This document shows positions 19,254 through 28,124 of a DNA stretch of 64,000 nt, one piece after another (within the stretch, counting starts at the first letter, position 1; every line of letters begins with the position of its first letter). Where the stretch lies: assembly GCA_964401135.1 (NCBI GenBank), contig CAYNXC010000001.1:122778-186777 (forward strand), given 5' to 3'. The notes below the pieces were generated by a model. The model had not been told where the DNA came from, searched no databases, and saw only the letters and a program-made list of their open reading frames with translations. This DNA comes from an uncultured Candidatus Saccharibacteria bacterium (GTDB taxonomy: Bacteria; Patescibacteriota; Minisyncoccia; Phycocordibacterales; UBA9988). The translations under genes and the position numbers were made by a program.

Positions 19254-20066
19254 ATGAAGGAGTACCTCATCTGGTTGGGGAATGGTCTCATCTATCTCTT
19301 TGCACTCACCGGCTTCCTGCTTGTCTTCGCCTTCTTTGGCGTTAAGTATGGGTGGACCAATGTACGAGGCATCAATGATCCATCGTTTGCAACCAGCACC
19401 TCGCGCGCACAAGATCGACAAGTCTTTGTATGGGCACAAGGTGAGGAGTGGAAGGCACTTGAAGAGGCAATCATCAAGGATGTGGATCCTATCAACCGTG
19501 CCGCGGCAGTGAGCGGTGTTCCTGCGCGTTTTATTGTCTCCTGCCTCGTCCCCGAACAGCTCCGCCTCTTTACCAGCGAACGAGAAGTATTTAAGTCATT
19601 CTTTGGCCCGCTCAAGGTACTCGGGAACCAGACCCAGTTCAGCTGGGGAGTAATGGGCTTCAAACCCGAGACTGCCCGCGCGGTAGAAACACATCTCGTC
19701 AATAAAGAATCTCCGTTCTATCCTGGGGCACAATATGAACAGCTCTTAGATTTTAGGACTGATGATCCGGACACCGAGCGCTTTGCGCGCATTGCAAACG
19801 AGAAGGATCACTACTACTCCTACCTCTACGCCGCGCTCTACATTAAGCAAGTACTCGCGCAGTGGGAGCGCTCTGGCTTTGACCTTAGTACCCGCCCCGA
19901 TGTGATTGCGACGCTCTTTAATATTGGGTTTGGTAACTCGGATCCAAATGCGGAGCCGCGTGCAGGTGGCGCTCCAATAGAAATAGGCGAGACTGTGTAT
20001 AGCTTTGGTGGTCTCGCCTACGAGTTCTACTATTCTAATGAGTTGACGGAGTACTTTCCCCGTTAA
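19254..20066 (+). CDS. membrane-anchored lysozyme/lytic-transglycosylase-like protein
   Basis: N-terminal TM and SLT-like motif order: INRAAAVSGVPARFIVSCLVPEQ, WGVMGFKPETA, YAALYI, ATLFNIG. Confidence 0.6.
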   Translation: MKEYLIWLGNGLIYLFALTGFLLVFAFFGVKYGWTNVRGINDPSFATSTSRAQDRQVFVWAQGEEWKALEEAIIKDVDPINRAAAVSGVPARFIVSCLVPEQLRLFTSEREVFKSFFGPLKVLGNQTQFSWGVMGFKPETARAVETHLVNKESPFYPGAQYEQLLDFRTDDPDTERFARIANEKDHYYSYLYAALYIKQVLAQWERSGFDLSTRPDVIATLFNIGFGNSDPNAEPRAGGAPIEIGETVYSFGGLAYEFYYSNELTEYFPR

Positions 20067-20067
20067 T

Positions 20068-20643
20068 CTACTTCTTCTTTCTTCGTGAAGCCTTCTGCTT
20101 GGCTGCGGGAGCCTTGCTGAAAGGCACTCCAATGGCATCAAAGAGTGCGCGTGCCTCTTCACGATTATGTGCAGTTGTCACCAGCGTAATAGCGAGCCCA
20201 AAGATGTCTCGGAGTTCTTCATCTGCAGTCTCGGGGAAGATGGTGTGCTCTTTAATCCCGATAGTGAGGTTGCCCACCCCGTCCACTCCGCTCGCGGCTA
20301 CACCCTTAAAGTCCTTGGTACGGGGCAGTGACGCGTGGATGAACTTATCTACAAATGCGTACATGCGTGCGCCTCGCAGAGTGACTGCGTAGCCAATCAC
20401 ATCTCCCTCGCGTAGTTTGAAGCTGGCAATAGATTGTTTTGCACGGCGCGGAGAAGCCTTTTGGCCCGTGATGATGGCGAGACGCTTAGCCACATGCTCG
20501 TTACGCGTCTTATCTTTGGCGCGACCAGTGCCTGAAGAGACTACTACTTTAACGAGACGCGGCAAGGAGAAGCGGTTTGTCCGCCCCAATTTCTCACCGA
20601 TACTCGGCAAGGCCTTTTCAATCCGTTCTTTTGTTCCAATCAT
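20068..20643 (-). CDS. rplE: 50S ribosomal protein L5
   Basis: PRLVKVVVSSG, ITGQK, SIASFKLREG and VTLRGARMY. Start at ATG 20643. Confidence 0.96.
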   Translation of the reverse strand: MIGTKERIEKALPSIGEKLGRTNRFSLPRLVKVVVSSGTGRAKDKTRNEHVAKRLAIITGQKASPRRAKQSIASFKLREGDVIGYAVTLRGARMYAFVDKFIHASLPRTKDFKGVAASGVDGVGNLTIGIKEHTIFPETADEELRDIFGLAITLVTTAHNREEARALFDAIGVPFSKAPAAKQKASRRKKK

Positions 20644-20653
20644 AGTAGTAGTA

Positions 20654-20965
20654 TTAGATTTCTCGTTCGCAACTGCGGCAGATGCGGATCTTCTTTGTTC
20701 CTTCACCGCGCACACCAAAACGTACTCCCTTACCGCACTTCTCACAGAAAAGTGAGGCGCTGGAACGCGCAATTGGTGCCGGCTTCTCAAGTACTTGTCC
20801 CTTCTGCCCTTCTTTACGACTCTTCTGGCGGCGCTTTTTAATATTCACTCCTTCTACCACCAGACGGTCGGTACTGGTTTGTACTAAGATAACTTTACCC
20901 TTCACACCCTTATCTTTCCCTGAGCGTACAATAACGGTGTCCCCCTTTTTAATCGTAAGTGACAT
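20654..20965 (-). CDS. rplX: 50S ribosomal protein L24
   Basis: IKKGDTVIVRSGKDKG KOW motif. Confidence 0.96.
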   Translation of the reverse strand: MSLTIKKGDTVIVRSGKDKGVKGKVILVQTSTDRLVVEGVNIKKRRQKSRKEGQKGQVLEKPAPIARSSASLFCEKCGKGVRFGVRGEGTKKIRICRSCEREI

Positions 20966-20970
20966 GATAT

Positions 20971-21342
20971 TTACACAATCTCTGGCGCAAGCGATGCAAT
21001 TTTCTGATAACCGCGTTCGGCGATCTCGCGGGGTATCGGACCAAAGATACGCCCACCCTTGGGATCCTGCTTACCCTTCTCAAGAAGTACCACAGCATTC
21101 TCGTCAAAGCGGATGTAGGTGCCATCCTTGCGGCGGATTGCATCCTTGGTGCGCACAACCACTGCTTGGTGTACTTCCTTTTTCTTTGCGGCCTTGCGTG
21201 GCTCAGCGATTTGTACTGAAAGCACGAGTATGTCGCCCACGCGTGCGTAGCGGCGCTTGGATCCACCGAGTATCTTGAAAACGCGTCCGATCTTGGCACC
21301 GGTGTTATCTGCAATTGTTACGAGTGAGCGTGGCTGTATCAT
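20971..21342 (-). CDS. rplN: 50S ribosomal protein L14
   Basis: MIQ...ADNTGAK, IRFDENAVV and RIFGP. Confidence 0.97.
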   Translation of the reverse strand: MIQPRSLVTIADNTGAKIGRVFKILGGSKRRYARVGDILVLSVQIAEPRKAAKKKEVHQAVVVRTKDAIRRKDGTYIRFDENAVVLLEKGKQDPKGGRIFGPIPREIAERGYQKIASLAPEIV

Positions 21343-21350
21343 AGTAGTGT

Positions 21351-21596
21351 TTAGGCGTAGATAACCTCAAAATGCTTATCCTTAGATAGTGGTCGACATG
21401 AGCGAATTTCTACCGTATCTCCCTCGTGGAATAGTCCCTTAGGATCATGCGCCTTGTAGCGCTTGCTCCGTGAGATGTACTTACCGTACTTGTGGTGCTT
21501 TACATAGCGCTTCACCAAGACGACGACCGTCTGTGACATTTTGTCAGAGACGACGGTCCCGCGGAGTGTTTTACGAATTGTAGTGGTAGTGGTCAT
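21351..21596 (-). CDS. rpsQ: 30S ribosomal protein S17
   Basis: GTVVSDKMSQTVVV and CRPLSKDK. Start at ATG 21596. Confidence 0.96.
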   Translation of the reverse strand: MTTTTTIRKTLRGTVVSDKMSQTVVVLVKRYVKHHKYGKYISRSKRYKAHDPKGLFHEGDTVEIRSCRPLSKDKHFEVIYA

Positions 21597-21600
21597 AGTA

Positions 21601-21795
21601 TTACTGCGTCTTAGCCACACGAGAGAGCTCGGTGAGTATCCGCGCAAGGTCACGACGGTGGATCCTAATGTCCTTGGTATTTTTACCACGACTCCCGGCA
21701 ATGTCAAAGCGCAGCGTCCGGAGCTCCTCGCGACGCTTAGCCACGAGCTCCGTGAGCTCGCTCGCCTTCTTCCCCTTGTGTGTCTCTTTCTTCAT
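21601..21795 (-). CDS. rpmC: 50S ribosomal protein L29
   Basis: ELRTLRF...RRDLARILT, in the expected position. Confidence 0.92.
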   Translation of the reverse strand: MKKETHKGKKASELTELVAKRREELRTLRFDIAGSRGKNTKDIRIHRRDLARILTELSRVAKTQ

Positions 21796-21825
21796 ACTTG
21801 TTCCTTGATCCTTGGTACTTATTAT

Positions 21826-22245
21826 TTACTCCGTTCGACTAACAATGATGGTCTTAACGGGTAACTTTGCCCCTGCCTTACGAAGTGCATCCTTTGACTC
21901 GCTTGCAGTAAGTCCATCAATCTCAAATAGCACCCGTCCAGGGCGCACAGTAAAGACATAACCCTGTGGGTCTCCCTTCCCCTTACCCATACCCACTTCC
22001 GCCGCCTTGGCGGTGTAGGGTCGGTCGGGGAAGATGCGGATCCATATCTTACCCGTCTTCTTAGTCAGACGCGTCATAGTCTTGCGAGCGCTCTCTATCT
22101 GGTTACTCTTGATGCGCGCCGTACCCAGTGACTTAAGTCCGTGCGATCCAAACGAGAGTTTGGTACCACGCGTCTCAACACGCGCCTTGTGCGGGTTAAC
22201 ACGGTCAGTCTGCCACTTTCTAAATTTTACTTTTTTGGGAAACAT
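21826..22245 (-). CDS. rplP: 50S ribosomal protein L16
   Basis: PKKVKFRK, WIRIFPD and MGKGKG. Confidence 0.97.
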   Translation of the reverse strand: MFPKKVKFRKWQTDRVNPHKARVETRGTKLSFGSHGLKSLGTARIKSNQIESARKTMTRLTKKTGKIWIRIFPDRPYTAKAAEVGMGKGKGDPQGYVFTVRPGRVLFEIDGLTASESKDALRKAGAKLPVKTIIVSRTE

Positions 22246-22254
22246 ACTTCTGTT

Positions 22255-22911
22255 CTATGATTCAAATACCTCACCACGGTAGATCCAGACCTTGATACCA
22301 ATCACGCCGTACGAGAGGTAGGCCTTCTCGCGAGCGAAATCAATATCCGCACGGAGCGTAGAGAGAGGTACCTGCCCTGCTTTGAATGCTTCACGGCGAC
22401 CCATATCTGCTCCACCCAAGCGACCAGAGAGGGCAATCTTGACCCCCTCCACTCCCTTAGTTGCCGTCGCCTTCTCCATTGCCTGCTTGGCAACACGGCG
22501 GAAGGGTAGACGCTTCTCCAATCCTTCGGCTACCATGTAGGCGAGAATAGCGGCATGCGCCTCGGGAGTCTTGATCTCATCGATGTCTAATTTAAAATCA
22601 CGAGGGATGCTGGCTCCTGCCTTACGCAGTACTGCTTGGATGTCGCTCTTGAGCTTGGCAGCACCCTCACCACTTCTACCTATCACCATACCTGGCCGGG
22701 ATGTTTTGATAGTAATGCGGAAAGAGTCCGCACCGCGCTCTATATCTACACCGTCTACATAGAGACCGCGTAGGCGCTTGGTGAGGTACTCGCGCAGAAG
22801 TACATCTGCTTTAAGGAACTCTTGATATTTACCGCGCGTACCAAACCAGCGTGACTGCCAGTCGCGGATGATGCCGAGTCTATGGGCGTATGGGTGAACA
22901 CTATGCGTCAT
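22255..22911 (-). CDS. rpsC: 30S ribosomal protein S3
   Basis: HPYAHRLG, RPGMVIG, GRLGGA and YGVIGIKVWI. Confidence 0.97.
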   Translation of the reverse strand: MTHSVHPYAHRLGIIRDWQSRWFGTRGKYQEFLKADVLLREYLTKRLRGLYVDGVDIERGADSFRITIKTSRPGMVIGRSGEGAAKLKSDIQAVLRKAGASIPRDFKLDIDEIKTPEAHAAILAYMVAEGLEKRLPFRRVAKQAMEKATATKGVEGVKIALSGRLGGADMGRREAFKAGQVPLSTLRADIDFAREKAYLSYGVIGIKVWIYRGEVFES

Positions 22912-23239
22912 GGTGAGAATCTAGAACCACGCGGACATGGCTGGTGTGCTTATGGAGTGGGTATCCGCGACCACGCGCGCCGGGGCGCATACGCTTTAGG
23001 ACCACTCCCTTATCGACGGTAATCTCTTTAATATACAAATCCTCCTTCTTATTGCTTAAATCAGTTGACAGAGCATTGGCAAGCGCACTCTCGATGAGCT
23101 TTTTTACCGGCGCGGCGGCGCGCTTAGGGAGGTGTGTTAAAGTCGTGATGGCATCCCCTATTTTTTTACCACGCACCAAATCCGCGAGGAGTCGCACCTT
23201 GCGCGGAGACTGGCGGTAGTTTGAGAGAGTTGCTTTCAT
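22901..23239 (-). CDS. rplV: 50S ribosomal protein L22
   Basis: RQSPRKVRLLADLVRGK and ARGR. Confidence 0.97.
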   Translation of the reverse strand: MKATLSNYRQSPRKVRLLADLVRGKKIGDAITTLTHLPKRAAAPVKKLIESALANALSTDLSNKKEDLYIKEITVDKGVVLKRMRPGARGRGYPLHKHTSHVRVVLDSHHDA

Positions 23240-23242
23240 AGA

Positions 23243-23584
23243 TTATTTTTTGGTATCCGTTACTGTTTTAGCAGCTTTGGCGGCTGCAATTTCGGCCTCT
23301 CTCTTCTTCTCTTCTAACTCTTTTTGCATCTTACCTCCGTGGCGCATAAACTTACGGGTAGGAGAGAACTCGCCGAGGCGATGGCCAACCATATCTTCTG
23401 TCACCAAGACCTCAATGTGACTGCGACCGTTGTGAACGCCAAAAGTAAAGCCCACCATCTCTGGGGCAATCTGGCTTGCGCGGGACCATGTCCGGACCAC
23501 AGCAGAATCCGCGGGGCGTTTGCCTTCTATCTTTTTTAGTAATTTGGGGTCAATGTACGGACCTTTTTTAAGTGATCGCGCCAT
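23243..23584 (-). CDS. rpsS: 30S ribosomal protein S19
   Basis: [15 protein letters not shown] and MVGHRLGEF. Confidence 0.97.
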   Translation of the reverse strand: MARSLKKGPYIDPKLLKKIEGKRPADSAVVRTWSRASQIAPEMVGFTFGVHNGRSHIEVLVTEDMVGHRLGEFSPTRKFMRHGGKMQKELEEKKREAEIAAAKAAKTVTDTKK

Positions 23585-23616
23585 AAAAAAACGATAGCTC
23601 CTACGAGCCAGATTCC

Positions 23617-23645
23617 ATACTACAAAAACACTAGAACCCTGTCAA
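23617..23645 (-). promoter_or_regulatory. sigma70 promoter for rpsS...rplE
   Basis: Minus strand reads TTGACA-17 nt-TAGTAT with an extended TG. Confidence 0.7.
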
Positions 23646-23704
23646 CTAGGGCGTTTTAGGCCTCCTATCAATAAAAAGCCTATCTCTATGGTATATTTAG
23701 TGTA

Positions 23705-24577
23705 ATGCTGCTGAAAATTGACCTCAAAAAAAGCCCTGAGGAAGATATCGCCTTAATACACAGGTATTTTTTTGAGACAAAGACGGACCATTTTAAAAAA
23801 AGGATTCTACGATTCTACAAAACACTAGAAGACAAATTATCTACTGAGACTGAGGAAAATCACGCTCAAGTTATTGATAGTTTTTTTAAAGATATCTATA
23901 GAAATAAGGCGGAAGAAATAGAGACAATAGTGGATCAGAGCGAGAAAATCATTGATGAAGAATCAACACAGTGCTTGGGAGAACTGGCTAAATTGATGGA
24001 TTATGATACTGAGAAGGAAGAAATATTTATCGCAATACCAACATTATTACCCTTTTCCCCTTTTAATCGACCTATTTTTTATTTTTCTATTGTCTCTAGT
24101 CTATTTAAAGATGGAAAAAACAGCATATTAGATACTGCGATTCACGAGATATCCCACTTTCTCCTCTTTGACATCTTGGACGAATTGGAAATCAATCTGA
24201 ACGATACTCAGGAAAATAAAGACTTCCTCCATCTGTTTAAAGAAGCACTGACTGGGATGTTACTGTCAGAGAAAGAAATGAGTGAATGTCTTGGCATGAA
24301 AGAATACTTTGGAAATCCAGAGGTCCATAATTTAAACATCAAACTCGAAGACGGGAAGCAACTGGTATTTCGTGAATATCTACGTTCAATACTCCATCAG
24401 TACCGGCAACAAGATCTCTCCTTTCAACAATTTATTGCAGATACAATAGAGATACTCCGGCCAAAAGCAGAAGAATTCAGTAAGAAAAAAATATTTTGGA
24501 ATAAAAATGAGCAAAAAATATTAAATAGGGATGAAGAATTATCAAAAGAATACGGGCAACCTATTTTAATTCAGTAA
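23705..24577 (+). CDS. HExxH...E metallopeptidase-like protein 1
   Basis: AIHEISH followed by HLFKEALT (candidate third ligand). AT-rich, with TGGTATATT immediately upstream. Confidence 0.65.
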   Translation: MLLKIDLKKSPEEDIALIHRYFFETKTDHFKKRILRFYKTLEDKLSTETEENHAQVIDSFFKDIYRNKAEEIETIVDQSEKIIDEESTQCLGELAKLMDYDTEKEEIFIAIPTLLPFSPFNRPIFYFSIVSSLFKDGKNSILDTAIHEISHFLLFDILDELEINLNDTQENKDFLHLFKEALTGMLLSEKEMSECLGMKEYFGNPEVHNLNIKLEDGKQLVFREYLRSILHQYRQQDLSFQQFIADTIEILRPKAEEFSKKKIFWNKNEQKILNRDEELSKEYGQPILIQ

Positions 24578-24590
24578 TCATAAAATAAAA

Positions 24591-24623
24591 AAGTGGATAC
24601 AATACTAGAGATTGTATCCACTT
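24591..24623. terminator. intrinsic terminator between convergent units
   Basis: aagtggatacaat-actagag-attgtatccactt. Confidence 0.75.
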
Positions 24624-24630
24624 AATAGAT

Positions 24631-24754
24631 TCAGGCAATGCTTTGACAGCTATGGTCACAGCTGTCGCAAGAGTGATCGGAGTCAGTATTGCAGTCTGTA
24701 TCACAGTCGGAACCGCAATCACCACATTGATTTGATGAACATTTCTAATAACAT
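24631..24754 (-). pseudogene. frameshifted Cys-rich (CxxC/CxxxC repeat) peptide
   Basis: The frame CGDCGSDCDTDCNTDSDHSCDSCDHSCQSIA* has no in-frame start. ATG 24754 (MLLEMFIK...) is out of frame by one nucleotide (124-nt span). Confidence 0.55.
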
Positions 24755-24756
24755 CG

Positions 24757-25002
24757 TTAACTAAGCAACGTTATCTCACTATCCTCAACCTTCCTCATCT
24801 CAAGTATCTCTTCTTTATTGAGGTCTAAGAAATCAATCACTTCATCATTTTTTGCGTTAAATCCTATCCTACATATAGAATCTTTCTCCCACATAAACAC
24901 GCCAACACACTTGTATTGATTGCCATCACTGCCCTGTATGAGTAATTCAACAACCGTGTTGTTTTCTGTATCGTTTCGATCATTGGGGATTATAGTAGTC
25001 AT
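24757..25002 (-). CDS. small hypothetical protein (possible Sm-like beta-barrel)
   Basis: 81-aa ORF whose ATG overlaps the upstream TGA. Confidence 0.65.
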   Translation of the reverse strand: MTTIIPNDRNDTENNTVVELLIQGSDGNQYKCVGVFMWEKDSICRIGFNAKNDEVIDFLDLNKEEILEMRKVEDSEITLLS

Positions 25003-25511
25003 ACAATAGTGTGTATATCAGTGATAAACGCTTTGGGTATAATATAGTAGGTAGGCTTTCCATCAGGATGGTTTACCGCCGGAGCAGGATATGTTCGGAT
25101 AGTTTCTGGGTCTCTTAACACGATGTGATCATCGCACACGCTGTGAAGAATTCCTTCGGAATACATTGTGGAGCAATCTCCCCTCTCCGCATTGCCCACA
25201 TACACAACATCTCGCCAAGTAACTGCTACGCGTGACGATTCTTTTAGATTACTGGGGATGGTAATTTTGAAGTCTTTGCTTACAGAGAGTAGCGCGGAAT
25301 CAGGAATGACCAGTCCTTTTACAATAAAGCTGTCATCAGTCCCATCCTGTCTTCCTGATGCAGATACATTTTTTATAAAAGTAATAATGATGTTATCCCC
25401 ATTCTTTTTCACATACCCAAACGCCTCGTGTGGGGATAATTTGGTTTCGCCAACTTTCTCTTCAAAAAGGTAGTAGGCATCAATGTATTTGATTTTACAG
25501 ATTTCCTCCAT
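24999..25511 (-). CDS. hypothetical protein with two Sm/LSm-like repeats
   Basis: Internal repeat pattern KIKYIDA...GYV...IIITF...LVIPDS and AVTWRDV...EGIL...HIVL...IIPKAFI. TATAAT sits 6 nt before ATG 25511. Confidence 0.6.
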   Translation of the reverse strand: MEEICKIKYIDAYYLFEEKVGETKLSPHEAFGYVKKNGDNIIITFIKNVSASGRQDGTDDSFIVKGLVIPDSALLSVSKDFKITIPSNLKESSRVAVTWRDVVYVGNAERGDCSTMYSEGILHSVCDDHIVLRDPETIRTYPAPAVNHPDGKPTYYIIPKAFITDIHTIV

Positions 25512-25578
25512 AGGTTCATTATATAAAGAAAGCGGATAGGTTGGTACAAACCCTATCCGCTCGATGATCATGGTACTA

Positions 25579-25785
25579 TCAGCCGAAGATGGATTTCCAG
25601 AATCCAGTTGCTGCTTTGCCGGAGTCGTCGTCCCGAGGGAATGGTGTACTGTTCAGTGAAGAATTCCCCCTCTCAAACAATCCAGCATCGGTCGCATCAT
25701 CCCGAGCACTGTGCTCAGCAGAAGAGACTTTACCCAGAGAATCTCCGCTATGTGCAGAGGTATCTCCGTCTGTCCATTTACCCAT
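25579..25785 (-). CDS. 68-aa acidic/Ser-rich peptide
   Basis: MGKWTDGDTSAHSGDS...GFWKSIFG with SD-like AGAAAGGAAGTG upstream. Confidence 0.7.
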   Translation of the reverse strand: MGKWTDGDTSAHSGDSLGKVSSAEHSARDDATDAGLFERGNSSLNSTPFPRDDDSGKAATGFWKSIFG

Positions 25786-25883
25786 AACGCCCACTTCCTT
25801 TCTACAAAGTTCAAGGCTCTGTACTCAGAAAATCTGAGTAGAAGTTACTAAACATAGTTTACACTAATCTACTATTTTGTCAA

Positions 25884-27551
25884 TTACCCCTTCTTCGCAG
25901 GGAGCTCCACAATAAAGGTGGAACCGGTACCGGCACCAGTACTCTCGGCCCAGATCTTGCCTTTGTGTGCCTCCACCATCTGCTTGGCCACATATAAGCC
26001 CAGACCGGTACCAGAGTAGTTGACCTTGCCGGCGTCATCGGCGCGGACAAACTTCTCAAAGAGCTTGTGCATCACCTCCGGCGTGAGTCCCACGCCGCTA
26101 TCCTTAATCGCAATGCGCACCTTAGCCTCGCCGTCGCTCACCTTTACTTCAATGGAGCCCGTGGGCGTGTACTTAATGGCGTTGTCGACAAGGTTAGAGA
26201 TCACCTGACTCAATTTACCCGGATCGGCGGTAATCTCATATTCCCCTTCCTCGGCAATAAAGTTGAGCGTGAGCCCCTTCTGTTCGGCGGAAACCTTCAT
26301 TGTAGAGACAACCTTCTCGACGAGATCCCTCACATTCAAGTTGGAAAACTCGTACTTCATCCGTCCCAGCTCAATGCGAGTGACATTCAAAAAATCTTCG
26401 ATCACCACCACGAGCCGCTGACTGGAGTCAAAAATATTTTGGAGCGGCTGGTGCATCTTCTCCCCCACCTCGCCGTAGGAGCCCTCCAGTAACATTGAGG
26501 TGTAGCCCTTGATGGCGGTTAAGGGGCTGCGCAATTGGTGCGAGGCAATGGAAACGAATTCCGTCTTTTGCCGATCCAATTCCTTGAGCTTGAGGTTTGC
26601 TGCAAAGAGACTGTCGTTCGCTTTTGCCAAGTCTCCAGCGAGTCGCTCAATGCGCTCGCGTTGCGCCACCTCCCCCTTTACGCTCCTAACCAGGATGTAG
26701 CCAAAACCGATGGCGATGATGAGGGTAATACCCGTGAGCACAATGTTGACCGGATTTCTCACAAAGAAGAACTCGGACGCAATGAGGATGACCAAGCCCA
26801 CCACCAAGGCCTGTGTGGCGAGGAGCTTAATGTTAAAGGCTTTGAACTGCACAATGAGGTACGCCAAGAAGCCCATAAAGACAAGCATCCCAAAGAGGCC
26901 GTACTGCTCCAATTCAAAGTTATCGATCGCGCTCGCCAAGTAGCCGGTAACGAAAAAGGAGAGGAGGAAGAGGAGCATCCCCACACCGAGCGGCACAATC
27001 TGCTTGCGTAGTGCTGGCTTGACCTTACGGTACCGCACAACAATGACCCTAAATGTCCAGAGCATGAAGATGAGCCCAAGGAGATAGTAGTAGCTCGTGA
27101 AGTAGTGCCCTTCGTGTACTTCACAGTTAGGGAGATCAAAATATTGGAGGTTCCATCTTGATGAGGCAAAGAGGATGACGGGGAGTAAAAGGATGGAGAT
27201 AATGAGCTTTGTATTAAACGAAATATCTTTTTTATCTATATACACATAGACGAAGTACAAACAGAGAGCATACAACAGTGAATACAACACTCCAAACGCC
27301 GGCCAGATAAACTGGATCAGACTAACATTATTATTAGTCCAAGCAATTAGGCTAAGAAAAGACCATAAAGAAAAGACTATTGAGATAGACACTAAAATAG
27401 TTCCGACTAAATTACGCGCACGCACAAAAACAAAAATCCCGATCAATAGTGAGACTATGACTGCGGGAATATGCGAATAATAGAGAAGCCCAGGAACAGA
27501 ATCTGAGAAGAATAAAAACTGCGGATTTGGAATATCGCTACAGAAGATCAT
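25884..27551 (-). CDS. membrane sensor histidine kinase
   Basis: Multi-TM N-terminus, H-box ASHQLRSPL, N-box NLVDNAIKY, DSGVG and GTGLGL. No response regulator nearby. Confidence 0.95.
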   Translation of the reverse strand: MIFCSDIPNPQFLFFSDSVPGLLYYSHIPAVIVSLLIGIFVFVRARNLVGTILVSISIVFSLWSFLSLIAWTNNNVSLIQFIWPAFGVLYSLLYALCLYFVYVYIDKKDISFNTKLIISILLLPVILFASSRWNLQYFDLPNCEVHEGHYFTSYYYLLGLIFMLWTFRVIVVRYRKVKPALRKQIVPLGVGMLLFLLSFFVTGYLASAIDNFELEQYGLFGMLVFMGFLAYLIVQFKAFNIKLLATQALVVGLVILIASEFFFVRNPVNIVLTGITLIIAIGFGYILVRSVKGEVAQRERIERLAGDLAKANDSLFAANLKLKELDRQKTEFVSIASHQLRSPLTAIKGYTSMLLEGSYGEVGEKMHQPLQNIFDSSQRLVVVIEDFLNVTRIELGRMKYEFSNLNVRDLVEKVVSTMKVSAEQKGLTLNFIAEEGEYEITADPGKLSQVISNLVDNAIKYTPTGSIEVKVSDGEAKVRIAIKDSGVGLTPEVMHKLFEKFVRADDAGKVNYSGTGLGLYVAKQMVEAHKGKIWAESTGAGTGSTFIVELPAKKG

Positions 27552-28069
27552 ATATTGTTAATTTTATCTGCAATGTATTGTTGAAAATATCCCTTATATT
27601 TTAACTGGAGCTCAGGAATTTTCCAATCTTCTCCTGTGATTTTAGAACGACAAGAGCTACTGCCACACTGACAATTCATCACATAAAATTGATCTCCTGA
27701 ATGAGCAACGGCCATTGCGTAATCAAAACAAATTTCTTCTTCTTCTTTTATTTTTTTGATTGCAATAAGGCGTATCTGTCCTAAAAATCCAGCATTTGGT
27801 TCACAAGAATGATTGAAGTAATCGGCTAATTCAGATTCACCACAAGAGGATAAGACAAAGTTGTCATCAATCTGAACTCCTGAATCTTTATGCTCCTGAG
27901 GCAGGATTGCTTCCTCCTCCAAGCTTAAGATATAGCCACCAAATAGAGCCAGTGTCTCATTCTTTTTTATATCTGCCTTTGCAAACACCCCTTTGCCATA
28001 CTCACCAGTCTCCTGCACCTCCAACTTTGGGCTCATCCACGAGAAGGGTCTCTGTTGTGCCGATGTCAT
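27548..28069 (-). CDS. SET domain protein (putative lysine methyltransferase)
   Basis: GKGVFA, YFNHSCEPN, EEICFDY and post-SET CQCGSSSCR. Confidence 0.93.
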   Translation of the reverse strand: MTSAQQRPFSWMSPKLEVQETGEYGKGVFAKADIKKNETLALFGGYILSLEEEAILPQEHKDSGVQIDDNFVLSSCGESELADYFNHSCEPNAGFLGQIRLIAIKKIKEEEEICFDYAMAVAHSGDQFYVMNCQCGSSSCRSKITGEDWKIPELQLKYKGYFQQYIADKINNI

Positions 28070-28087
28070 ATCTCTCTATTGTAGCAC
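27980..28087 (-). repeat. SET-gene 5' segment, copy C (intact gene)
   Basis: GTGCTACAATAG...ATGACATCGGCACAACAGAGACCC...GTGTTTGCA matches copies at 30435-30518 and 32499-32605. Confidence 0.92.
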
Positions 28088-28124
28088 CTTCACAATAGGG
28101 GGAGAATCGGTATATACTGCCTCT

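Noticed and set aside
24631-24760. Stop-codon reassignment (code 25 or TAG readthrough) to explain the Cys peptide
   Set aside because: TGA, TAG and TAA all end genes normally in this window. Joining it to the upstream ORF would need both TAA and TAG readthrough, so a one-base frameshift is simpler.
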